Assembly: GCA_033442325.1 (NCBI GenBank)
Contig: JAWQFM010000012.1
Coordinates: forward strand, 1,473,793-1,537,792
Length of the DNA: 64,000 nucleotides
Source of the DNA: Salpingoeca rosetta
Taxonomy: Eukaryota > Protista > Choanoflagellata
Reading direction: 5' to 3'
Position 1 is the first letter of the stretch. Each line of letters begins with the position of its first letter. Of this stretch, positions 49,928-61,377 are shown piece after piece. The notes beneath the pieces are model-generated. The model saw only the letters and a program-made list of their open reading frames with translations, was not told the DNA's origin and did no database searches. The position numbers and the translations under genes were made by a program.

Positions 49928-50765
49928 ACACATCTCCTTAGCCTATCTCCTTACATCACACGCCGAGTGGTGATCAATGAGAATGTCCTGTGCGAGTGTG
50001 ATCACAGCATCAAGCACGCCAACATGCCAACAAGTCGTCGCATCCCTGCCTTAGTCTGTCTCCCCCAAAGCCCCAAACCTTCTAGACCACCACGCCCGTG
50101 TGTCAGTGGCGGTTGTGTTATGTGTGTGGCTTGCTGCTTTGCCGTGGCAGCTGTGGCTGGGTGCTTTGCCGCTAAACACACACCACACTTCACCTCGCTA
50201 GCTTGCTTGCGTTCTGGCCAGCATTCAGTCATCGGTCAGCGCACACGTTTTGCTTGCTTGCTTGCGTGTGTTGGCCGTCCGTTACACGCTTACGGGTGTT
50301 CGTTATGAAAACCGCGCACGCGAAGGCAAATTCCTTGAAAAAACACTTGGTTCATTGTTCTGCGGGGCTCGTGTGCAAGGAATGCATTGGAGGCCGTGCA
50401 CGTGTGCAAAAACCGTCGCCGAAATCGCCACCCTGACCAATAATTCGGTGTCTCGATGGGCATTTCCCTAACGATTTCCCCGTTTGTCTGACAACGTGCT
50501 ATGCTTGCTTGCTTGCAGGCACACAAACACACACACACACACAACCCGCAGAAGTAAGCACTGCTTTGCCGACCGTTATTTTCCCCCTTCTTGCTTGGCT
50601 TGGTGGGCAACGACCAGCAGAAAAAAACTGAGAGCGTCAAGCCATTTTCCTCCCCAGCCAGCCACCCCCGACGCAACGCGCAGCAACGGCAGCAGCACAG
50701 CCTCGTCAACCACTGCCAGCAGCACAACAACATCGCCACCGCCACCGCCACCACCACCACCGACT

Positions 50766-52222
50766 ATGAAGCTCATCCACCTGGCCATCGGGCTCGTCGC
50801 CCTGCTGGCCTGCGCCGCAACAATTGGTGCGCTTTTCCCCATCTCCCATCACACGGCACCCGTGTTCTGTGCTACTTGTTCGTCCACGTCTTTTTGCAGT
50901 GCATGCATGCTGCCGTCGCTGTGGCAACCGTTCACAGATTGACCGTTGCACTCACTCACATATGCGCACACACCTGCCTGCCTCCCTGTGTCCACGCATC
51001 CATGCAGCCGCGCAATGCGACTCATCCCAGGACTGCCCAAGCGATGAATACTGCGACATCTACAACAACTGCTACAACTGCAGCGGCTGCTTCGTCTGGC
51101 TGGACGAGATCCGTAAGTCGTGATGTAACGATCCTCGTTGATCATTGTCCATCATTTCCAGCCCTGCTGTTTGTTTGTTGTCTGACCGCACACGCTGTTG
51201 TTGCTCCCGCTGCTGCCTCTTGCCACCCGTTTATTAATCCATCCCTCACCACCACCACGCTCACTATCACTTCCCCCCCCCCGCGTCCATCAGGCACGCA
51301 AAACCGTAAGTTGCCCTCACTCACCGAGTGACGTTGCCGCGTGGCTCTTGGCCTTGTTTCGTGATCGTTGTTGGTAAACTCGCAGAACCTCACCCGCCTG
51401 TTTGATGCCCCTCCTCGTCCTTCTCACCCCTCATCCCTCACCTCAATCTATCCTTCCTGCCCCAAATCTTCCTGCCTGATCAAATATATTCGTTCCATGC
51501 AGCTGGCTACTTCCCCGATACCTGCCCCGAGAAGTGCCGCGATGAGCGCTTCGAGTGCCAATACAGCCCGCACTGCCCTGACAACTCTTACTGCAACACC
51601 AACTACGAATGCAGCGCGTGCGCCGACTGCCCCGCAAACAACGATGGCATCTACGGCCTCCCCTGCCAGGAGTGGTGCATCCAGTTCCTGAGTAAGTCTG
51701 CTTCTTGGCACTGCCCCCTACTCGCTCCATGTAACCCCCCCCCCCCCCCGAATTCCGGCGTATCCCTCGCCATCCATGCATGCATGCATGCGTGTACCCT
51801 CGCTATCTGCCTGCCTGCCTGCCTGCTTCTTGCTTCCTTCCTCTCAACTGTTTTCGGTTCGTGCGCACCATCGTGTCCTCACACCCATCCTCTCCTCTCC
51901 TCTCCTCTCCTCTCTCCTTTCCCTTTCCTTCTCTCGTTCCAGCGACGACAACTGAGGCCAACGTGGAGTGCAACGACCACACGGACTGCGGCGCGACGGA
52001 TTACTGTGACGTGAACAACAACTGCTTCGCCTGCGAGGAGTGCTACCGGTGAGTCCCCTACCCGCCTCCTCTGTGTGTGTGTGTGTGTGTGTTTTCTCGT
52101 CTGACTTGGTTGCTTGCGTGCATGCATGCAAATCAGCGACTGACTCTTTGCTTGGCCTTGTCAACTTTGTCGCGTCGTCCTTGCCCTGTGCGCGGCACTT
52201 GGTCCCTCCGCACTCGCACTCA

Positions 52223-52293
<71 letters not shown>

Positions 52294-52393
52294 NNNNNNN
52301 NNNNNNNNNNNNNNNNNNNNNNNNNNNNNNNNNNNNNNNNNNNNNNNNNNNNNNNNNNNNNNNNNNNNNNNNNNNNNNNNNNNNNNNNNNNNN

Positions 52394-52464
<71 letters not shown>

Positions 52465-55035
52465 GCACACACACTCCACGTGCTTTCGCATCTACAACAG
52501 CGTGCGCGACCCATTTGATGGCTCTGGTGAGTGCCCAGAGAAGTGCCGCAACCAGGACCTCGAGTGTCAGATTAATGAGCACTGCCCCCAGGACTCGTAC
52601 TGCACGGACGGCTTTGCCTGCCAGACATGTGACCAGTGCGCCGTCCTCGACAACGGAGTGTAAGTCCCCATTCCCAGCAGCAGCACGTCAAACTTTGACT
52701 TTGTTTTGTTTGGCTGGAAAAGCACCTTTGTTTGGGATCGCGCTCTGCCCTCTGCCCTTCTCTTGCTTTATTTTGGTATTCTTGTTTCCCAACTCTGTCC
52801 TCGTGGCGCGCTTGCCTTCACACACGCACACCTCAGATCTCACTTGCTCACTCGCACACCAAACCACCAACACCAACAACGACAACGACAACTATTGCAG
52901 GTACGGCTCGGCGTGCGCTGCATGGTGCCCTGGCACGTCCACGAGCAGCTCCACCTCCACCTCCTCCAGCTCGTCCACCACAAGCAGCACTAGCTCCTCG
53001 TCCTCCTCGTCCACAAGCACTAGCTCCTCTTCCTCCTCGTCCACATCCTCCTGGCCCGCCACCACAGACGAAGGCGCCCTTGAGACCACCGACGCCCCGG
53101 CCACAGAGACCACGGAGGCCACGGAGACGACTTCCACCTCTACCTCCACATCCTCGTCCTCCTCCACCTCATCCTCCACATCCTCGTCGTCGTCCTCTGC
53201 CTCGACAGAGGGCAACCAGGGCACAGAGGCCGCGGACACAACAAGCTCCACGTTCACCTCCACCTCCTCTTCTTCGTCCACGTCCTCCTCCACCTCCACT
53301 TCTTCGTCTTCCTCCGCTGCTTCGACTGAGGGCAACGAGGGCACAGAGGCCACGGAGGCTGTTTCCACGTCCACCTCCACCTCCACTTCCTCTTCCTCTT
53401 CTTCCTCCACGTCCTCCTCCACCTCTACTTCTTCGTCTTCCTCCGCTGCTTCGACCGAGGGCAACCAGGGCACAGAGGCCACGGAGGCTGTTTCCACCTC
53501 CACCTCCACTTCCTCTTCCTCTTCCTCTTCCACATCGTCCTCTTCTTCCTCTTCCACATCATCTTCCACCTCGACGTCCACCAACACCGAGACCAGCGGC
53601 TCTCCCGTGACCACAAGCCCCGCCTCAACCACCTCCGAGGAGGCCACCACCACCACGGGCAGCGGCCAGGAGATTGTGTGCAACGTCGACAACTGCTTCG
53701 AGTGCTCGGAGGACAACGTCTGCTCCGTCTGCAAGAACGGGCGCTACCTGTACGATGGCGCCTGCTTCGACACATGCCCCACTGGCTTCACGGGTGTTGG
53801 TCGTGGCAACTTCCGCCGCCGCTGCGAGCAGGTCCCAGACTGCGTTGCCGGCGAGGACGACTGCCACACGTGCTCCCCAGATGGCTCCGAGTGCATCCTC
53901 TGTGCAAACTCGCAGTTCCTTCTCAAGGGCAAGTGCGTCGGTAACTGCCCAGCGGAGCGCTACCGCTCCCGTGGTCGCGGTAACTTCAACAGGTGCGTCA
54001 CACCGCAATGCCGTGCTCCGCTTCATTTACACGTCCATGCATACATGTCTACCGTTGTCGTCTTTCTTTGTTTGTTTTTGTTTTTGTCCCCCCCCCCCCA
54101 TCCCCCACCGCGCTGTGTGTTGCCACACGCGCCACAATCACAAGCGTGCATGTTGCTCGCACATTGATATGTGTGCGTGCGTGCGTGTGTGTGTGTGTTT
54201 GTGTTTGTGTGTGTATCGAGTGCTCACACCCTACCCCGCCCACTTACCTTCCCCTGCTCTTCTTCTTGTCTTCCAACCGTTCCACTCCTCCAATCTCAAT
54301 CTACCAGGTACTGCGAGCCCCTGTACGCGTGCGACATTGTTGGCTGCCACCGCTGCCACCCGATCATGTCCACCTGCCTCCTGTGCCGCGATGGCCTCTA
54401 CCTCCACGATGGCCAGGTACACACTTGCCCATTTGTCGGGCCTGATTCGTCCATCGTGCGGTCCAGCCTGCATGTGATTGCGCCTGTGCTTCATCAATGT
54501 TGCAGCACACCTCATTTGCCATGTGCTCACATCCCTTTCGCGCGCACCCACGACTTACACCTCTGCTGCTGCTGTTCCCTGCAGTGCGTTGAGTCCTGCC
54601 CAGTTGGCCTGACCGCCATCGGCTCTGGCAACTACAACCGCCGCTGCGAGAAGGTCTGCGTCGACAAGCAGAACGACTGCCACACGGTAAGAAAGAACAT
54701 CGTGTCCACCCACCTTTCTTTGTGTGTGTGTGTGTGTGTTTGCTCTTGCTTTTGCGGCGGCCGCCTCTGTGACTCTTGTTGTTGTTGTTTCGTTGCGCTG
54801 ACTGCACGCTGATTCCACTCGCCACTCTTGCTTTTTGTTTGCTCGCACTTGCCTTTGTTCCCCAATTCACCCATCTTCCCGTCTTTGACAGTGCGACCTG
54901 GCGCGTCAGAACTGCGTGCTGTGCGGCAACCGCAAGTCCCTGTTCGAGGGTGTGTGTCTGGATGCGTGCCCTGATGGCTACACTAGCGTTGGCAGGGGCA
55001 ACTTCAACAACCGCTGCATTGCCAATTCTGAGTAA
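50766..55035 (+). CDS. Secreted Cys-rich protein: four N-terminal Cys modules, Ser/Thr mucin stalk, furin-like (FU/R-spondin-type) repeats
   Basis: Signal peptide MKLIHLAIGLVALLACAATI; modules C-x4-C-x4-YC..C-x2-C-x2-C; S/T-rich repeat region at ~52930-53660; repeats C..C..C..YLYDGACFDTCPTG..GRGNFRRRC; stop at 55033-55035; no TM seen. Confidence 0.85.
52294..52393. other. Assembly gap (100 N)
   Basis: Run of N inside an intronic (CA)n tract. Confidence 1.
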
Positions 55036-56136
55036 ACAGCGCGTGCGCTTCCCCTTCCCTCGCTATCACACACACACACACACACATCTATTCACGCACA
55101 ACACACGCAAACCCATGGCAGCCTCTGCCTCCAGTTGTTCCATTCCCCGTGCGCAGCATGCTGCCTTGTCGCACGTGGTTGGTTGACTGGCTGGTGACCT
55201 GCTCTGGCTGCTATTTGTATGTGCTGTGCCGTCTGCCTTGATACATACCTGACCTTCTTCCTGTCTTGCCACATCTCGTGGCCATTCCCTCAAACCTCTT
55301 GTTTGCTTGTTTCTCTGCCAACCATCCTGTCTACTCATTGCTTGCTTGCATGCATGGGGGTTTGCCAGCGGGCGGGTGTCAGCGTTGGCATTGTCTTGCT
55401 GGTGTTGTTCTCTCCCTCTGTGTGGTATAGTGTTCGTGGGTGTTTTGCCGTGGCCTCTTCGTTGGCCTCGCTGCCTTACCTTCTCTTTGTGTCTTGTTCG
55501 TTATCCGGTCTTCACGCATAAAAGCACCCAAATGTCTTGTCACATCACGCAACACAAGAGCAAGCACGCAAGCGCACGTGTTAGCATGGCGCACACAAAC
55601 TCGACGCAAAGTTTGCTTGCTTTGGGCCCAACAGCCGTAATTTCATTTTCGGTCACACATTTTACATCTCATCAACCAGTGCACGACTGCATGCAAGCAA
55701 GCAAAGAGGAATGGAAGGGACACAAGGCAAGCAAGCAAGGCCAGATTCCAGTCCAGAGCATGTAATGAACACGCACCACGCACCACGCACGCACCACGCA
55801 CCATGCGCCACAAGTCTACTGCACGCGTTCGTTGGTATTAAAAAAATCACATGTCAACCCATCAAGTAACAAACAGAGCACCACCACACAATATCACACC
55901 CACACCATTCTCAGCTAATCTCGTGCTACAAGAAAGCATCAAAGCCAGATACAAAGAGGAAAGAGTACAACTATGCTTGAAGCAAAGCAGGCATTGAGAC
56001 AGGGCAAAACGCAAAGGACAGCACAAGCACACAACAGGCGGCACAAGTACGTGACACACACACGCACACAGCGCAACACAACAACACGCATACACAGCAC
56101 AACAACAACACAGCACAAGGCACCGTAGTTGTTCTC

Positions 56137-57080
56137 TCAGCCACTGCCAAGCCAGTCCTCGGAAAACCCCGGCAGCGTTTGCAACGCATGCTTGCACATG
56201 TCTGTGTGCTTGTGCGAGGCAAAGAAGTTGGCAATGCCTTCATCGCCCTGATTGTTGGGCGAGAAATACGGATCGGAGCCGCCAGAGAAGTGGAAGTCGG
56301 GGTTGGTGTATGTCGTGCCCACGCCCTGCACCTTGATCAGCAGCGACGCCCGCTTGCTGTAGAAGTAGCTGAAGCAGCTCAGGCTCTGCGCAGTGGTGTT
56401 GAGCTCGTGAAAGCGCGCCACCCACGACCGGTCGTCGTCGGCGTCCCCGGGGTCCATGTCCTCCTCGCTCACCACCCCGCCAAACGCGTCGTTCCACAGG
56501 CAAAAGTAGTCCAGCAGCCCCGCCGTGTTGTCGCGGTGTGCCGGCGTGTCCTCCAAATCGACCTCGCACAGCGCCCAGGGGCTCTCGTCCACGCCCTCGT
56601 TGGCGGCCGTGCGCGCCGGCAGCTGCAGCGCCTTTGTCTGCACAAACGCCACCCGCTGCGGCGGCGGTGATGTGAAGTTTGCCACGGCAGCGTTGAACGC
56701 CGCAGCGACACTGCGGGCGCGGGCGAGCTTGCGCAATGCAATCAGACACGCCGTCTGCGTCTGCATTGTGTTGTACAGGGGCCATTTCAGGATGTGCGCC
56801 TCCTCCAGGCCTTCAAGGTACGCCGTGTAGCAGTTGAAGTAGTCACCCTGCCGCATGTCCTCTGTGTCATACACATGCACGTGGTAGTCGCCTGAAAGGG
56901 AAACCAAGCACAAGCGTGGTTCAAGTGGACAGGGAGCACGACGACAGGAAGCAGCCACGTGACGTGTGAGTCGTGGAAATGCAACGGTGCAATTTGGGGG
57001 TGGGGGGTGGGGGTGGAAATACAACCATGTAAAACGAGGCACGCGCGCACATGTGCAGCATCGAGGCACAACACATACGC

Positions 57081-57170
<90 letters not shown>

Positions 57171-57997
57171 ACGCACACGCACACACACACGCACACGCAC
57201 ACGCACACGCGCGCACACACACGCGCACGCACGCATGTGCAGCATCGAGGCACAACACATACGCACACGCACACACACACGCGCGCACACACACACAGAC
57301 ACATACACACAGACACATGCACAGACAGATACATGCGCACACACAAGTGAATAACAACAAGATGACAAAACCCACCAGCAAACAACACAACCGATCGGCA
57401 CGCAGACGCCAATACCACAAGCAAAGCAACACCAACAACCAATCAGGCGACTGTGACGGTACCTTCTTGCTTGTGGAGCTGGTCGTTGGTCTCGTCGTAC
57501 GTCCAAATCACTGTTGGCTCCCAGCCCTCAACCACCAAATCCTGCCGCGCTTCAGGCAGCTCACGGCTGTCAAACTGCGACTCTTCATACGTCGAGTCCG
57601 GCCGCTCCATGACGCTCTTGCGATAGTCGCTCGCACTCATGCGCAGCTGGGCTGCACCGTCGCCGCCGCCGCCGCTGCCGCTGCCACTGCTCTCTTGTGA
57701 GGTGGGCCGCTGTGGCACGTGTGGCAGCGTGGCCTGCGTCACCTCCGCCTGTCCACTCGGCCGCTGCGACCACGCGTTGGGCTGGAATGTGCCTGGTGCG
57801 CGCATGCCGGGCATCTCAACAGAGGGGCGCATGGCCTCCCGCGCCGCCAGCGCCCGCGCTTGGCGATCGTCAAGCAGCACGCTGTCCATCGTGCTGGTCC
57901 GTGACAGCTGGTACGTGTTGGCACGGCTGCGCGTCTCCAACGCATTCACGTCAAACGCGGCACTCGCAGGGCCCGTGTACTGGAACACCGCGCCGTT

Positions 57998-58030
<33 letters not shown>

Positions 58031-60018
58031 GCCTTGCTCGGGCGTCTTCGCTGCGGCTGTTGCCTCTGTGGCGGCTGTTGTTACCGTGGCCACCGAGGCC
58101 ACGTCGTCAGCGCTGTGCACGCCGTTGATGCCAGGGGTGATGGTGCTGTTGAAGCCCGCCTTGTGCTCAAAGTTTGACGGCCCGGAGATCATGTCCTTGA
58201 GCGCCGACCGCTGCGACGAAGACGTGCCTGCGCGCGACCGCTTGCTGCTGCTGGTGCTGCCCGTGCTCGCCGTGCTCGCTGTGCGCGCGCTGCGGGGTTT
58301 GGGCAGACGGCTGGTGGTGGGAAGGTGCGGGCGCACAATCTCGCCCGGCGCACGCACGCAGCAGCTAACGAGCATGGCTGTGGCGAGGAGGAAGATGATG
58401 GCGCCCATGTACGCGATGAAGACGAGGCTCGGGGTGTATGCCAGCCCGCCGTGGAAGTAGATGGGGAGCATGACGGCGACGGGGATGAGCAGGAGCACCG
58501 CCGCGTAGATGGCCTCCCCCCAGCGCGGCGGGTACAGCAGCACCGTCAGCACGTGGAAGGGCAGGTTGTGGAAGTGGGTGGCGGTGAGCACGACGCCAGC
58601 GCCCAGCAGGATGCACAGCGGGGAGAGGATGAGGACAAGCATGGCTGTCTCGCCGTCTTCGGAGATGCTGTCTGCAGCCACCAGCGCGGGCAGCAGCACG
58701 CAAAAGGGGATGATGAGCACCAGCACGGCGACGGCGGTGAGCTGGTAGAACATGCGGCGGTCCTTCTCGTAGAACTTGAGGCGGATGATGTCGAGGATGG
58801 TGAGGGCGGGCAGGCCCAGGTTGAACGACAGCAGCACGTCGTGCGCCGCCTGGGAGACGGTCGCCGACCGCAGCACGGGCAACATCACAACCAGCGGCAC
58901 CAGCAGCGCGCACAGCGCAAACTTGACAATGGCGATGCTGGATGCGCGCGAGCATCCCGGGTCTGTGCCATGGAAGACGACGCCGAGGCGATAGGCGACG
59001 TTGTACAGCAGCGACATGCAGCCCGCAAGCAGCATGAAGAACATAAACGCAGCCTGGCCCTCGCCCGTCATCTCATCACCGTGGTGGATGTACACGGGGA
59101 GGAACACGCCCAGCGGGATGCCCACGGCGAGCAGGTAGCCAAAGTAGCCCTTGCGCATCTCGTTGGTGATGACGGCGACGCTATCGAAGCTGGCGCGGTA
59201 GGCGTTCTTCATGCCCATTGCCGACGCCTCCTCAGACTCGAGCACTTTCGGTGTCTGGAAGATGGCGGCGATGAGCGGCAGCCACAGGCCGGGCAGCAGG
59301 ATGGTGGTCCCCAGCAGCACGTTGTACTCTGGCTCGGAGAGCGCCACCTCTCGCAGTATTGGCACCAGGATGAACGCCGGGAGCACCACGCCAAACACGG
59401 GGGCAGCCACCACAATCTCCTGCGTCGACAAGATGTCGCTGTCAATGTCGTACCAGTCTGTGATGGCGCTGCCTGTCCAGATGACGGCAAGCACCCAGTG
59501 CGGTACCAGGGCGAAGAAAATCAGCGCAGCGTTGCCGCCGTGTGACAGATCCTCCACCAGCGCTGGCACCATCATCACAACCAGTGGCCACACTGTGTTG
59601 GAGTCGGAACGAAGCGCGAGGCGTGGGAGGTGGGGAGGGGAGGGGGTGATGCATGTGTGTGAGCATGTGTGTGTGTGCGTGCGTAAGGATGTGCATGTGT
59701 GGGTGTGTGTGGGTGTGTGTGCGTGGGTGCAAGGGTGTGAGTAAGGGTGAGTTGCGCATGCGCATGTGTGCATATGTGTGTGCGCACTTGTGTGTGTGTT
59801 TGTGTTTTGCATGCATGTGGGGACACAAGTGCGTGCACGAACCATGCTCAGCACAACACAACACAACACAATACAACTGCAGCAAAGCGCAACACGTAAT
59901 CAGAGCAGATGCGTCACCATCGCAGAACCAGCGACGCCAACCGCAGCCCACACCATATCACATGCTCACCAAGGAATACAAAGGCCTTGATGGCCAAGTA
60001 GAGCGGGTTGATCTCCAT
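56137..60018 (-). CDS. Polytopic (~12 TM) membrane protein with a C-terminal alpha-kinase-like (probable pseudokinase) domain, 3 exons
   Basis: Exons 60018-59970, ~59592-57463 and 56891-56137 join in frame. The C-terminus [56 protein letters not shown] aligns with the eEF2K/MHCK consensus QAFSHFTY..LLVVDIQGVG..YTDPQIH..GNLG..G...FF..HxCxxxC. Confidence 0.82.
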
Positions 60019-60154
60019 GCTGCTGTTGCTTGAGCTGAGCAGCTGGACTGGCTGTTGGTGTCCTTGTTGTTGCCAGTGATGTGTGCGTGTGTTGTCGTTG
60101 TTGTCGTTGTTGTCGTTGCTGGTGATGCGTGTGTGTGTGTGCTGGTGATGCGCG

Positions 60155-60228
<74 letters not shown>

Positions 60229-61141
60229 CTGGGCCCTTGGTTCAGTGGCCGAGTGGGCCAGTTAGGAAGAGGCCAGGTACAAAGCTGTCGCGCACGCTCT
60301 CGGGCAACGAACGATGCCAAAACGCAGCGCTGCTGTGAAGTTGGTGGAGGGTATCACTCCCCCGAGTGGCTTGATGATGGAGCAAGTTTGCCAAAACGGA
60401 AGGGACGCGCAGCCGTGACCCACCGACTGCAGAGAGGGCGGGAGAGTGGGGGCACTGATAGATAGATACGCCTAACTGGCTGGCAGAAGTGTCAAGTGTA
60501 ACGACGTCTCCAAGGCCAGTCAGCAACCAGTCAGGGATCAGGTCAGCAGCAACGCAGCAAAGGTACGGCAGGGGGAGGGGGTGGGGTCAGCCGCTGTTGC
60601 TTTGCTTTGCTTTGCTGTGCTTGCTTGGCAGTTTTGTTTGGGTGGCGAGGAAAACGGACGGCGGCTCTGAAATTCGCGGCAGAGTATACGACTAGTTGAT
60701 TTTAGCGGCTAGTGCGCATTGGTGGATAGCGCCCAAGGCAACCGATGCAGGCCCCGCAACGAGCAAGCAAACAACAAGCAAACAACAACAACAACAACAA
60801 CACAACCAACAAACAAGCAACAAGAGTGCCAAGACGTGTTTGCCTGATCGGACTCAGGGTGCACTCTCTCTCGTCGGAAGGTTGATAAGCCAGCCAGCCA
60901 ACCAGCCAGCAAGCCAACGAGCCAGCCAGCAAGCCAGCCAGCCAGCCAGCCAGCCAACGAGCTCACACGTTTGCTGCTGCGAATTGAAGCAACAGCCCAG
61001 CGGAAGATTACAAAGCCTCTCCAACACACACATACACACATACACACACGTGGCTGCTGTTGCCAAGCAAGCAAGCAAGTGAGACAGCGCGCACAGGCAC
61101 GGCAACCAACCAGCATTCAACAAACAACAACACAGAGGGGT

Positions 61142-61300
61142 ATGCCGATTGTGAGCGAGGCTGAGCATCACAGTGGACCTGTCACACAACAACTGCACCA
61201 GCACAGTGGTGGTGGTAGTGGTGGCAGTGACACGACAGAGCCAAGTGACGACGAAGGTCTCTCCTCCTCACTCGAGTCGCTACGTCGCGCCAGGGTAACC

Positions 61301-61377
<77 letters not shown>

